A stretch of DNA of 64,000 nucleotides from NCBI GenBank assembly GCA_963744995.1, contig CAVUWA010000002.1, positions 32,001 to 96,000 on the forward strand, in the 5' to 3' direction. Below are positions 39,470 to 49,237 of the stretch, piece after piece; the stretch's first letter is position 1; each line of letters starts with the position of its first letter. The position numbers were made by a program, and so were the translations under genes. Source of the DNA: Candidatus Eiseniibacteriota bacterium. Lineage in GTDB: Bacteria; Eisenbacteria; RBG-16-71-46. A model generated the notes under the pieces. That model did not search any database. It was not told where the DNA came from and was given only the letters and a program-made list of their open reading frames with translations.

Positions 39470-40141
39470 GTGGACTTCGCGCCGAAGCACCCCGTCCCCG
39501 TCTTCCCGCTGCCCCGTCTCGTGCTGTACCCGCACACGATCCTGCCGCTGCACGTGTTCGAGCTGCGCTACCGCACGATGGTGCGCGACGCCCTGTCGGG
39601 CGAGCGCATGATCGCGCTGGCGCAGCTCGAGCCGGGCTACGAGAAGGACTACTACGGCAGCCCGCCGTTCCACTCCCTCGGCTGCCTCGCGCGGTTCGAA
39701 GAGGTCGAGTGGCTGCCCAACGACTGCTACGACCTCAAACTGCTCGGCCTTGGCCGCGTGCGCTTCGACCGCGTCGTGAAGGAGTTTCCCTACCGCGCGG
39801 CGCGCGTGAGCCTGCTGCCCGAGGCGCCCTACGACGAGAACGACCCGCTCGTGCAGATGGAGAAGACGGCGCTGCGCGAGACGTGCGTGCGCTGGCTGAA
39901 CGCGCTCGCCGAGCTGAAGGGCGCCGGGGCGACCTCGGGCCTCATCGGGCAGCTGGGCTACGAGGTGCTGGTGAACGGCGCCTGCATGCTGCTCGGCGCG
40001 GGGATGGCGGACCACCTGGCGCTGCTGGGCATGGACAGCGTGCTCGAGCGCGGCCGGGCGGTGCGCGCCATCATGAGCGGACGACTCGAGAAGGGACTGC
40101 AGCCCCCGGAGCAGGGCGGAGCGCCCGGCGGGCGCAACTAG
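39470..40141 (+). CDS. LON peptidase substrate-binding-domain protein
   Basis: PVFPL...VLYP...LPLHVFELRYRTMV; no ATPase or protease domain. Confidence 0.85.
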   Translation: MDFAPKHPVPVFPLPRLVLYPHTILPLHVFELRYRTMVRDALSGERMIALAQLEPGYEKDYYGSPPFHSLGCLARFEEVEWLPNDCYDLKLLGLGRVRFDRVVKEFPYRAARVSLLPEAPYDENDPLVQMEKTALRETCVRWLNALAELKGAGATSGLIGQLGYEVLVNGACMLLGAGMADHLALLGMDSVLERGRAVRAIMSGRLEKGLQPPEQGGAPGGRN

Positions 40142-40299
40142 GGACGACGACCGCGCCGCGACGGAGCCGTGCAGCGAACCGCCCCGCCGCGCGCGACGGC
40201 CGTCGACGTTCGGAGCATCGCCGGGCGCCCAGCCGGCGCCGCCCGTCTGGAGGCCAGCTTTCCGGACGTGCGCCATCGTGCGACCCGGCGGATGCTCAC

Positions 40300-40710
40300 T
40301 GGGGGGAATGCCTGCGCTGCTTCGCACGACCGGCGGAGGAGTCCCCCGAGCCCACAACCGCCCGCGTGATCCACAGCGCACCCCCCGACCGCGAGAGACT
40401 CCTGCTCAGCCAGGCAGGCGCGCCCCCACGGGTACTGCAGAGAGCGGCGACCGCGCGCCGCGCGCACGAGTGCCAGGACGTCACGGGCCGTACGGTGTCA
40501 GCACGGTCGCCAAAGCATTCGGTTGTCGTGAACGGGAGGGACCCTGTGGCGCGAAAAAAAATCGCTGTTTTCCGGAGAACGGGAACGGCAAACGTCCGAT
40601 GTCGTCGCGCGAGGGAACCGGGTGCACGCGGGAGGAGAACGTGCGGGGGGGTGGCTGAAGCCGACCCTCGTGGCGGCTCAGCGAAAGGCGGGGACCTGCT
40701 TGCTGCTTGA
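40300..40710 (-). ncRNA. Candidate structured non-coding RNA(s)
   Basis: Lies in a ~740-bp intergenic gap; minus-strand promoter; several hairpins including a ~130-nt rod at 40300-40428. Confidence 0.35.
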
Positions 40711-40714
40711 AGCA

Positions 40715-40743
40715 AGGCTATGACCGCAGCCGTGATCGTGCAA
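40715..40743 (-). promoter_or_regulatory. Sigma-70-like promoter pointing into non-coding DNA
   Basis: Minus strand TTGCAC-N17-TAGCCT with an AT-rich upstream tract. Confidence 0.5.
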
Positions 40744-40881
40744 CCCCTAAAATCAAACACGCGCATCCGGACGGCGACGGTCGCGGCAACGGGCGGGTGA
40801 AACCGGCCGCGGTCCGGCCTGCCCGGGGTCCGAGCGGCCTGCCTTGTCGGTCCCATCCCCGGCGGCTATTCTCGCACCGAC

Positions 40882-42312
40882 ATGCGCTTCCCAGCCGAGC
40901 CGTTCCGCATCAAGGTCGTCGAACCTCTGCGCCGCGTGACCCGCGAGGAGCGGGAGGATCACATCCGGCGCGCGGGCCTGAACATCTTCTCGGTGCCCGC
41001 GGACACGATCTACGTGGACCTGCTGACCGACAGCGGCACGTCGGCGATGAGCGACAACCAGTGGGCCGGGTTGATGGTCGGCGACGAGTCCTACGCCGGC
41101 AGCCGCAACTTCTATCACTTCCTCGAGGCGGTGCGGGACATCTTCGGCTACCCGCACGTGATCCCGACCCACCAGGGGCGCATGGCCGAGAACCTGCTCT
41201 TCACGACGGTGCTCGAGAAGGGCGACATCGTTCCCAACAACATTCACTTCGACACCACGCGCGCCAACGTCGAGGCGCAGCAGGCCGAAGCACTCGACCT
41301 CGTCGTGGACGAAGGCATGGATCCGACCGCGGACCTGCCGTTCAAGGGCAACCTCGATCCGGCGAAGCTCGACCGTCTGCTCGCCGAGCACGGACCCGAC
41401 CGCGTGCCGGTCGTCATGCTCACGGTGACCAACAACTCGGGCGGCGGGCAGCCGGTGTCGATCGCGAACGTGAAGGCGGTGCGCGAGGTCTGCGACCGGT
41501 ACGGCGTGCCGCTGTTCTTCGACGCCTGCCGGTTCGCCGAGAACTGCTGGTTCATCAAGCAGCGCGAGCCCGGCTACGCCGACCGCAACGTGATCGACAT
41601 CGCACGCGAGATGTTCTCGTACGGCGACGGCTGCACCATGAGCGCGAAGAAGGACGGGCTGGTGAACATCGGCGGCTTCCTCGCGATGAAGAATGCCGAC
41701 TGGGCCGAGCGCATCACCAACCTGCTGATCCTCGTGGAAGGGTTTCCGACCTACGGCGGGCTCGCGGGGCGCGATCTCGAAGCGATCGCGCGCGGCCTGC
41801 GCGAAGTGCTCGACGAGGACTACCTCGCGTTCCGCACCGGCCAGGTGGCGCACCTCGGCGAGATGCTCGACGAGGCCGGCGTGCCGATCGTGAAGCCGGT
41901 CGGCGGGCACGCGGTCTACATCGACGCGAAGCGCATGCTGCCCCACATTCCGCAGTCGCAGTTCCCCGGGCAGTCGCTCGTGGTGGCGCTCTACCGCGAA
42001 TACGGCATCCGCGCGGTCGAGGTCGGCAGTCTGATGTTCGGACACAAGGATCCGAAGACCGGTCAGGACGTGTTCCCGCAGCTGGAACTCGTGCGCCTGG
42101 CCGTGCCGCGCCGCGTGTACACGACGGAACACATGCGGTTCGTCGCCGATTCGGTGATCCAGCTGTACCGTGAACGCGACCGCCTGCCCGGCCTGCGCAT
42201 CACGCACGAGGCGCCGGTGCTCAGACACTTCACCGTGCGACTCGAAGAGATCGGCGCGGGTGCGACGCCCGCGGGTGCCACGCGCCGCGTCGAGCCGTCC
42301 ACAGCACGTTGA
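40882..42312 (+). CDS. tnaA: Tryptophanase (tryptophan indole-lyase)
   Basis: EPFRIK, DLLTDSGT, MSAKKD PLP Lys; HFDTT and LRHFT match tryptophanase rather than tyrosine phenol-lyase (FTTT/LRFFT). Confidence 0.88.
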   Translation: MRFPAEPFRIKVVEPLRRVTREEREDHIRRAGLNIFSVPADTIYVDLLTDSGTSAMSDNQWAGLMVGDESYAGSRNFYHFLEAVRDIFGYPHVIPTHQGRMAENLLFTTVLEKGDIVPNNIHFDTTRANVEAQQAEALDLVVDEGMDPTADLPFKGNLDPAKLDRLLAEHGPDRVPVVMLTVTNNSGGGQPVSIANVKAVREVCDRYGVPLFFDACRFAENCWFIKQREPGYADRNVIDIAREMFSYGDGCTMSAKKDGLVNIGGFLAMKNADWAERITNLLILVEGFPTYGGLAGRDLEAIARGLREVLDEDYLAFRTGQVAHLGEMLDEAGVPIVKPVGGHAVYIDAKRMLPHIPQSQFPGQSLVVALYREYGIRAVEVGSLMFGHKDPKTGQDVFPQLELVRLAVPRRVYTTEHMRFVADSVIQLYRERDRLPGLRITHEAPVLRHFTVRLEEIGAGATPAGATRRVEPSTAR

Positions 42313-42370
42313 TTCACCCGCGCCGCCCGATCCGACGGCCGGGACGATTATCGTTTCCAGAGGAAGGCTC

Positions 42371-43090
42371 ATGCCGAAGTTGAATCGGGGATTCGCGCTC
42401 ACCTGGCTCGGTCACAACTCCTTCAAGCTCGTCACTCGCAGCAACCGGACGATCCTCCTCGACCCATGGGTCGAAGGGAACCCCGCGACGCCGAAGGATC
42501 TCAAGACCTTCGACAAGATCGACATCATGACGATCACCCACGGGCACGCCGATCACATGTCCGACGCGGTGACGCTCGCGAAGAAGTTCAAGCCGACCGT
42601 CGTCTGCAACCATGAGATCCACCTCTACCTCACGAAGAAGGGCGTGCAGAACACCTCGCCGATGAACAAGGGTGGCACGCAGGAGGTCGGCGGCCTCAAG
42701 TTCACGATGGTGCATGCCACGCACTCGGGGGGCATCGAAGACGGCAGCCAGGTCGTTTACGGCGGCGAGGCCGCCGGCTTCGTGATCACGCTCGAGGACG
42801 GCACGCGGATCTACAACGCGGGCGACACCGCCGTGCACATGGACATGCAGTTGATCGGCGAGCTCTACCAGCCGGAGATCGCCCTGCTGCCGATCGGCGG
42901 TCTCTACACCATGTCGCCGCGCGAAGCCGCGGTGGCCGCACGCATGCTGCGGCCCAGGTACATCGTTCCGACCCACTACGGCACGTTCCCTGCCCTCTCC
43001 GGCACGCCGGATCAGTTGCGTGAAGCGCTGAAGGCGCAGGACGTGGACGCCGAAGTGGTCGCGCTCAGGCCGGGCGAGACGCTGTCGTAG
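42371..43090 (+). CDS. Metallo-beta-lactamase-fold metal-dependent hydrolase (UPF0173-like)
   Basis: WLGH, THGHADH, AGDT, LPIG, PTHYGTFP. Confidence 0.9.
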   Translation: MPKLNRGFALTWLGHNSFKLVTRSNRTILLDPWVEGNPATPKDLKTFDKIDIMTITHGHADHMSDAVTLAKKFKPTVVCNHEIHLYLTKKGVQNTSPMNKGGTQEVGGLKFTMVHATHSGGIEDGSQVVYGGEAAGFVITLEDGTRIYNAGDTAVHMDMQLIGELYQPEIALLPIGGLYTMSPREAAVAARMLRPRYIVPTHYGTFPALSGTPDQLREALKAQDVDAEVVALRPGETLS

Positions 43091-43094
43091 CGCC

Positions 43095-43643
43095 ATGGCG
43101 TTCGACGCGGCCGTCGCCAGACGCGCGCGCGCCGCGAAAAAGGGCGGGCGCGCCGTCGCTGAAGGCTGGCTGCCCGGCGGGATGGCGGGCGTTCAACCGG
43201 GCGCCCGGGGCGACGGCCTGAGACGGCGGACGGCCGGGACGATCGCAGTGGCGATGCTGTGCGTCACGGCGCTCGCAATCGGCGCCGGCTGTGCGACCGT
43301 TCCGGTCTCGAACCCCGCGGATCCATGTCTCGGCTTCGGACAGGTGGAGCCCGCGCGGGGAACGGATCCCGGCTCGTTCGAGGCGCTGCCCGAGGCGACG
43401 CTGAAGGTGGCGCCCGTCTACCCGGCCACGGCCCTCGAGGCGAAGGTCGATGGCACCGTCATCGTCCTGGCGCTGGTGTGCGTGGACGGGACCGTCGGCG
43501 ACGTGCGCATCGCGACGTCGATTCCGATGCTCGACGGCGCTGCTACCGCGGCCGTACGCCGGTGGCGGTTCAAGCCGGCCACGCTGAACGGGCGCCCGAT
43601 CGCGATGTGGGTGAAGGTGCCCGTGAGCTTTCGACTGCACTGA
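43095..43643 (+). CDS. TonB C-terminal-domain protein, probably a lipoprotein (start uncertain)
   Basis: Lipobox-like IGAGC; PVYPATA...GTV...DG.V...LDGAA..AVRRWRFKPA. Confidence 0.75.
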   Translation: MAFDAAVARRARAAKKGGRAVAEGWLPGGMAGVQPGARGDGLRRRTAGTIAVAMLCVTALAIGAGCATVPVSNPADPCLGFGQVEPARGTDPGSFEALPEATLKVAPVYPATALEAKVDGTVIVLALVCVDGTVGDVRIATSIPMLDGAATAAVRRWRFKPATLNGRPIAMWVKVPVSFRLH

Positions 43644-43707
43644 CGTCCCCGGACTCACCGCTCCGCTTCGCTCCGATGCACGAAACGGTGGGCCCGGAGG
43701 CGCGCGG

Positions 43708-44898
43708 TCACGTGGGCCCCGGCATCGACACCACGGCGGCGATGTCGTAGAGCGTGTGGATCGCGATCACGACGCCGGTGCTGGTGCGGTCGCGGATCAG
43801 GCCGAGCACGATCCCGAAGCAGAAGATCACGCCCATCCCGAACCACGAATACTGGACGTGCAGCGCGGCGAACAGCAGCGCCGTGAGGAACAGGCCGAGA
43901 CGCGGCTGCAGGGCGCCGCGCATGGTGATCTCCTCGCCGACGCCGGCGGAGAGCCCCAGCATGATGACCTGCGCCGGGCTGAGCTCGGCGGCGATCAGCT
44001 GGCTCACGCGCTGGTCGCTCAGCCACATCTGCGGGAACCACGTGCGCTGCACGTTCTCGAGCAGCACGTTGAGTCCGAACAGCAGCAGCACGCCGAGCGG
44101 CACGATCGCATAGTCCCCGGGCCGGAGCCGCCGGAGACCCAGGCGCTCGAGCGTGCCGGGAAGATCGCGCCGCACCATGAAGCCGACCGCAGCCAGCGCG
44201 AGCACGACGTAGCCGATCAATCCCGAGCCGAGGAATCCCTGATCGAACAGTGAAGTCTGCGACGAGAGCAGCCGCTCGAACGTGTCGCGAAACGCGTACC
44301 AGCCGGGGAACGCCAGCATCAGGCCCATGAGCACGATGCGCGCGGCGAGTCGCAGCGCGTGCGACGGCTCCTGATGGCGGAACATGACCCGGCTGAGGAC
44401 GTCCGCGAACGGTCGGAACAGCGTGAGCAGACTCACCAGCGCGGCGGCGGCCGAGCTGGCGATCACGATCATCTGCAGAGGCGTCGGCTCCATCCGCGAC
44501 ACGATCCACACGAGGGTGCCGAACACCGCGGCACCGCTCACGGGCACCGTCCAGGCCAGCACCCAGTAGAGGTGGCGTTGCCCGGGGTAGAGGTCCGCCG
44601 CCTGCGCGGCGACGAACAGCCCCGACAGCACGACGAGGAACGCCGCTTCCTGCAGGCCGAGCAGAATACTGAGCCCGCCGGTGACCGACAGCACGACGAG
44701 CCAGACCAGGAGGCGCGGTCCGCCGGGAAGTCCGGGCGGCCACTGCGGCGCGGGGGCCCGGGGCCCGGCGTCGCCTGCCTCGGGGACGAAATACCCGGCT
44801 CCGCCGTCGTCCCGGGGCGCGTCCGCGGCAGGGGGCGCGGGCGGCGTTTCGTCGCCGGGATTGCGTGCGTCGTCGGAGTCTGGAGTAAGGTCGGGCAT
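43708..44898 (-). CDS. CPBP (CAAX/Abi)-family intramembrane metalloprotease
   Basis: EEITMRG, FAALH, HTLYD motifs; multiple TM helices. Confidence 0.88.
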   Translation of the reverse strand: MPDLTPDSDDARNPGDETPPAPPAADAPRDDGGAGYFVPEAGDAGPRAPAPQWPPGLPGGPRLLVWLVVLSVTGGLSILLGLQEAAFLVVLSGLFVAAQAADLYPGQRHLYWVLAWTVPVSGAAVFGTLVWIVSRMEPTPLQMIVIASSAAAALVSLLTLFRPFADVLSRVMFRHQEPSHALRLAARIVLMGLMLAFPGWYAFRDTFERLLSSQTSLFDQGFLGSGLIGYVVLALAAVGFMVRRDLPGTLERLGLRRLRPGDYAIVPLGVLLLFGLNVLLENVQRTWFPQMWLSDQRVSQLIAAELSPAQVIMLGLSAGVGEEITMRGALQPRLGLFLTALLFAALHVQYSWFGMGVIFCFGIVLGLIRDRTSTGVVIAIHTLYDIAAVVSMPGPT

Positions 44899-44935
44899 CG
44901 GCGCAGAATATCCAGTCACCCGGGGAACCGCCACC

Positions 44936-45182
44936 ATGCGCTTCACCGTGCTGTTCTTCGCACAGGCCCGCGAGAAGGCGGGCCGCGCGCAGGCGCTGTT
45001 CGAGGTGCCCGACGGCAGTCGCGTGAGCGACGCGGTCGCGGCGATCCGCAGCGATTACCCGCAACTCGCCGGGCTGTGGCCGCACATGGCGGTCGCGGTG
45101 GACGGCGTGCTGGCGCCGCGAGGAGGCGCCGCTGCGCGACGGCGCGGAGGTCGCGCTGCTGCCGCCGGTGAGCGGCGGCTGA
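44936..45182 (+). CDS. moaD: Molybdopterin synthase sulfur carrier MoaD (frameshift near 45120)
   Basis: MRFTVLFFAQAREKAG...AVAVDG, then in a shifted frame LRDGAEVALLPPVSGG-stop; directly upstream of moaE. Confidence 0.85.
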
Positions 45183-45183
45183 C

Positions 45184-45630
45184 GTGGCGGCGCTCACGAC
45201 GGGGCCGATCGACACGGACGCCATGGCAGAGGGCGTGGATCTCGCCGCGTGCGGCGCGCTCGTGCTGTTCCTCGGCACGACCCGCAATCATCACGAGGGA
45301 CGAAAGGTGGTGCGTCTGGCCTACGAGGCCTACGCACCGATGGCGCTCGCCGGCCTCGAGGCGCTCGAACGCGAGGCGGTGAAGCGGTTCGAGATCGCAC
45401 TTTGCCGGATGGTCCACCGGCTCGGCGAGGTGCCGGTCGGCGAGGCGAGCGTCGCGGTGCTGGTGGCGGCCGCGCATCGCGGCGCGGCATTCGACGCGAG
45501 CCGCTGGGCGATGGACGAGCTCAAGCGCACGGTGCCGATCTGGAAGAAGGAGTTCTTCGAAGGAGGGGGCGAGGACTGGGTGCAGGGTACGAAGCTCGGC
45601 GGCCGGGGCGCAGCGGAGAACGCGAGGTGA
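45184..45630 (+). CDS. moaE: Molybdopterin synthase catalytic subunit
   Basis: GALVLFLGTTR, YEAY..MA, HRLG, HRGAAF, LKRTVPIWKKE. Confidence 0.93.
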   Translation: MAALTTGPIDTDAMAEGVDLAACGALVLFLGTTRNHHEGRKVVRLAYEAYAPMALAGLEALEREAVKRFEIALCRMVHRLGEVPVGEASVAVLVAAAHRGAAFDASRWAMDELKRTVPIWKKEFFEGGGEDWVQGTKLGGRGAAENAR

Positions 45631-46121
45631 GCGGCCGCCGGCGCCTGCGGCCGGCGGGGGCGGCTGCGGTGCTCACAGCCGCCGCGTTTTGCGGAGCGTG
45701 CGCGCCCGCGGACCATCGCGCCGAAGACGAAGCGCGCCTGCGCGCCATGCACGCCGCAATATTGCAGGCCCACCTCGACCGTGACGCCGACGCGTGGACC
45801 GCACTCGAGGCCGACACCATGTTCGTCGGCTCGCGCGGCAGGTTGTTCCGCGCGGCGCGGGCCGATCGGCTCGAAGGGCGCCGCGCCTACCTCGCCGCGA
45901 CCCGCTTCTCCGTCTACCGCGACCTCCAGCCGCCGCTCGTCCGCGTCGCCGGCGACCGCTCGATCGGCTGGCTCGCGGCGGAGGTCGAGATCGCCGGCCT
46001 GCAGCGGCGCCAGGACGGCGGCGAGGACTCGCTGCATACGTTCTTCGCGTGGATCGAGACGTACGAGCGGCGGAACGGGCGCTGGCGCATGACCGGAAAC
46101 GTGTCGACCGAGCGGCCGTAG
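45627..46121 (+). CDS. NTF2-like (DUF4440/SnoaL-like) lipoprotein
   Basis: Lipobox-like CGAC; helix + beta-sheet pattern ending YERRNGRWRM. Confidence 0.65.
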   Translation: MSGRRRLRPAGAAAVLTAAAFCGACAPADHRAEDEARLRAMHAAILQAHLDRDADAWTALEADTMFVGSRGRLFRAARADRLEGRRAYLAATRFSVYRDLQPPLVRVAGDRSIGWLAAEVEIAGLQRRQDGGEDSLHTFFAWIETYERRNGRWRMTGNVSTERP

Positions 46122-46158
46122 GCGTCCCTCAGCCCAGTCGCGCTTTCGCCCGGCGGCG

Positions 46159-47175
46159 TTACGGCTGGTTCGGTTCGAGCGTGGTGACCCGCTCCGCCCG
46201 CGCGGGCCACGCGCCTCCCAGAAACGTATCGATCGAGCCGAACACCAGCTCCGGATCGTCCGCCCACGAGCAGTGTGCCGCGCCTTCCACCGTGACCAGC
46301 CGGGCATCCGGCAAACTCATCGCCCATTCACGGCCGCCGCCGTAGGCGGCGTTGCGATCACGCGTGCCGTGGATCGTAAGTACGGGGTGGTCGAAGGCCG
46401 CGAAGTCCGAAGGGTGCAGGTCGAGTGCCTGAATCGACGGGAACGTTCGCTGGAAGTGGCGCGCCAGGTGAGTCGGCCACTCGTTCGGCTTGTCGCAGAT
46501 GTCCTGGTTAAGACGTGAGACGTTCGCCGGATCACCCACGAGGGCGACCCGGGTGACTTCGTTTTCGCGGCGGCAGTAGGCCTCGGGATCCGAATCGGGC
46601 AGCCCCTCGGCCTGCAGCCGCCGCAGGTCGGCGAGGGCGCTCGAATCCATGGCCGCGTAGTAGTCGCCGGCGCGCAGCCCCTCGGGGTATTCGGTGCCGA
46701 AGTGCATCTGCACCGGGCCGATCTGGATCACACGCCGCACGTGGTCGGGGTGGTCTTTCGCGTACATCATCACCATCAGGCCCAGGTACGAGAATCCGAC
46801 CAGGTCCACCGAATTCAGATCGAAGTGCGCACGCACCGCTTCCAGGTCGAGCACGTCCTGCTGGATCGAGTTCTCGCGTTCCGCACTCACCGAGTCGGAG
46901 AGGCCGCGGTTGCGCATGTCGTAGTAGTAGAGCGTGCGTCCCTCGGCCAGCCGGTCGAAAGCGGGATGCAGGAACAGGTCGGCGGGCAGGATGACGGCCT
47001 GCGGGCCGTCGCCGACCTTTCGATAGAAGAGCCGTGTGCCGTCGGGCGCCTCGACGTAGCCCTGCTCCGTCGCGGGGCCGGAGGGCGTGTCGCGACTCTC
47101 TCCCGAACATCCGGCGAGCAGCAGCGGACACAACCAGGTCGCGATCCGCAGCGCGCGCGTCCGAGTTGGACTCAT
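46159..47175 (-). CDS. Alpha/beta hydrolase lipoprotein
   Basis: Lipobox LAGC; YDMRNRG, GFSYLG nucleophile, HGTRD, AAH. Confidence 0.85.
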   Translation of the reverse strand: MSPTRTRALRIATWLCPLLLAGCSGESRDTPSGPATEQGYVEAPDGTRLFYRKVGDGPQAVILPADLFLHPAFDRLAEGRTLYYYDMRNRGLSDSVSAERENSIQQDVLDLEAVRAHFDLNSVDLVGFSYLGLMVMMYAKDHPDHVRRVIQIGPVQMHFGTEYPEGLRAGDYYAAMDSSALADLRRLQAEGLPDSDPEAYCRRENEVTRVALVGDPANVSRLNQDICDKPNEWPTHLARHFQRTFPSIQALDLHPSDFAAFDHPVLTIHGTRDRNAAYGGGREWAMSLPDARLVTVEGAAHCSWADDPELVFGSIDTFLGGAWPARAERVTTLEPNQP

Positions 47176-47194
47176 GGGACCTCCCGTCCGGTGA

Positions 47195-48338
47195 TCAGCG
47201 AACACTAGCAAGCGCGGTGCGCGCTTCGTTGCAAACTTCCGGTGAACTGTCGGCACGGGCCGCGCGGGCGAGCGCCTCCTCGATCGATGCGTGGTCCACC
47301 CCCGCCGCGCAGCCTGCGATCTGCCCCAGCGCCCACGCCGCGTGCGCGCGCACCAGCGCGTCCGGGTCCTCGGCCAGCACGCGCGCGAGCCGCGGCGCGG
47401 CACCTGCGTCGCGCCGGTTGCCGAGCGCCACGCACACGTTGCGCAGGAACCCGCCGCGCTTCGCACGGCGGATCGGGCTGCCTTCGAACAGCGCCCGGAA
47501 GGCGGCATCGTCGAGGTCGAGAAAGCGCTCCAGCGTCCAGCCTTCCAGCTGCCGCGCGTGCAGCCGCGCCTCGCGCGCGGGCGGCGCGAAACGGTTCCAG
47601 GGGCAGACCTCCTGGCAGACGTCGCAGCCGAAGATCCAGTCGCCGACGAGCGGCCGCAGCTCCGGCGGGATCGGCCCGCGCAGCTCGATCGTCAGATACG
47701 AGATGCAGAGCCGCGCGTCCAGCATGCGCGGCGCAACGATGGCCCCGGTCGGGCACCCCGTCGATGCAGCGCGTGCAGGTGCCGCAGTGGTCCCGTGCGA
47801 ACGGCAGGTCGGGATCGAGCGGGCGATCCACCAGCACCTCGCCGAGCAGGAACCAGGAGCCGAGGCGCGGCGACAGCAGCCCCGTGTGCTTGCCGACCCA
47901 GCCGATTCCGGCGCGCTCGGCCCAGCCGCGCTCGAGGATCGCCCCCGTGTCCGCGTACCAGAGTGCGTTCGCGCCGGGCAGCGCGGCGACGATGGCCGCC
48001 TGCAGGGCGCGCAGCTTGTCGCGCATGATCACGTGATAGTCCTCGCCGGCGGCGTAGCGCGCGATCCTGCCGAGCCGGGCGTCGCGCGCCGCGTCGCGGC
48101 CGGGTTCGTGGCAGAGCGCCACGCAGACCACCGCGGCGAGTCCGGGCAGCACGAGCGACGGATCGGCGCGTCGCGCCCGGTGACGTTCGCTCGCGAGCCA
48201 GGCCATGTCGCCGTGCATGTCCGCCGCGAGCCATGCCTCGTAGTGCGGGGGGCCGTCTTCCGGACCGGCCGTGGCGATCCCCACTGCGTCGAAGCCGAGG
48301 GCGATGGCTGCGGCCCGGATGCGTTGCGCGGGTGTCAC
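47195..48338 (-). CDS. queG: tRNA epoxyqueuosine(34) reductase QueG (frameshift near 47757)
   Basis: RYAAGEDYH, DTGAILER, GWVGK, CGTCTRCID|CP, CISYLTIE, FGCDVCQEVCPWN; one extra base splits ORFs 47205..48338 and 47195..47725. Confidence 0.9.
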
Positions 48339-48469
48339 GTCGCTGCCTTCCGCGTGCGCGCCCGGAAGGCATGGGGCACGGCGGCAGCTGCCGTTCGATC
48401 CGCGGTGGCGCGGTGGGCTCGCACTTGGTGCTGGTCTCTCATGAATCGTCCCGGCTAGGATGGGCGACC

Positions 48470-49237
48470 ATGACCTTCGAACAGGATCATTTCTCGCGCA
48501 AGGCGGCCGTCTATGCGAAGGCGCGTCCGGCGTATCCGGCGGCGCTCTACGACCGGCTCGCCGCCCTGGCGCCCGGTCGTGCGCTGGTCTGGGACTGCGG
48601 CACCGGCAGCGGCCAGGCCGCGCTGGCGCTCGCCGGCCGCTTCGAACGGGTGATCGCCACCGACGCCAGCGCCGCGCAGATCGAGCACCACTTCGCGCAT
48701 CCGCGCGTCCATTATGCCATCGCGCGCGCCGAACGTGCGCCGCTGCGTGACGGCACGGTGGACCTGGTGACGGTCGCCGCCGCCGTGCACTGGTTCGACC
48801 TCGACCTCTTCTACGCCGAGGCCCTGCGCGTGCTGCGTCCGGGCGGCGTGCTCTCCGTCTGGACCTATCTCGAGATGCACGTGGACCCGGCGTTCGACAG
48901 GATCATGGACGCCTACGCCTTCGACACGCTGAAGGAGGACTGGCCGGAGCGCATGAAGTACCCGCTCGCCCACTACGCGAACCTGCCGTTTCCGCTGGAG
49001 CCGGTTCCGCTGCCGGCGTTCCGGACCGAGCTGCGCTGGTCGCTGTACGACGTGCGCGCATTCATGGAGACCTGGTCGGGCACGCAGCGCCACCACGCCC
49101 GCACCGGGCGCGATCCGATCGAGCCGCTGTGGCCGCGGCTCGTCGAGGCGTGGGGCGATCCTGCAGCGCTGCGCGAGGTGCACTGGCCGCTGCACCTGAA
49201 GGCGGGACAGAAGGCGCAGCAGGACGCCGCTGGCTAG
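48470..49237 (+). CDS. Class I SAM-dependent methyltransferase
   Basis: DHFS...YAKARPAYP, WDCGTGSGQA, AVHWFD, LRPGG. Confidence 0.9.
   Translation: MTFEQDHFSRKAAVYAKARPAYPAALYDRLAALAPGRALVWDCGTGSGQAALALAGRFERVIATDASAAQIEHHFAHPRVHYAIARAERAPLRDGTVDLVTVAAAVHWFDLDLFYAEALRVLRPGGVLSVWTYLEMHVDPAFDRIMDAYAFDTLKEDWPERMKYPLAHYANLPFPLEPVPLPAFRTELRWSLYDVRAFMETWSGTQRHHARTGRDPIEPLWPRLVEAWGDPAALREVHWPLHLKAGQKAQQDAAG

Noticed and set aside
40142..40881. tnaC leader peptide, tmRNA, RNase P RNA, SRP RNA or c-di-GMP riboswitch upstream of tnaA
   Set aside because: I found no TnaC-like ORF and none of the diagnostic motifs of these RNAs; tnaA appears leaderless.
40882..42312. Tyrosine phenol-lyase assignment
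   Set aside because: Specificity motifs FDTT and LRHFT match tryptophanase.
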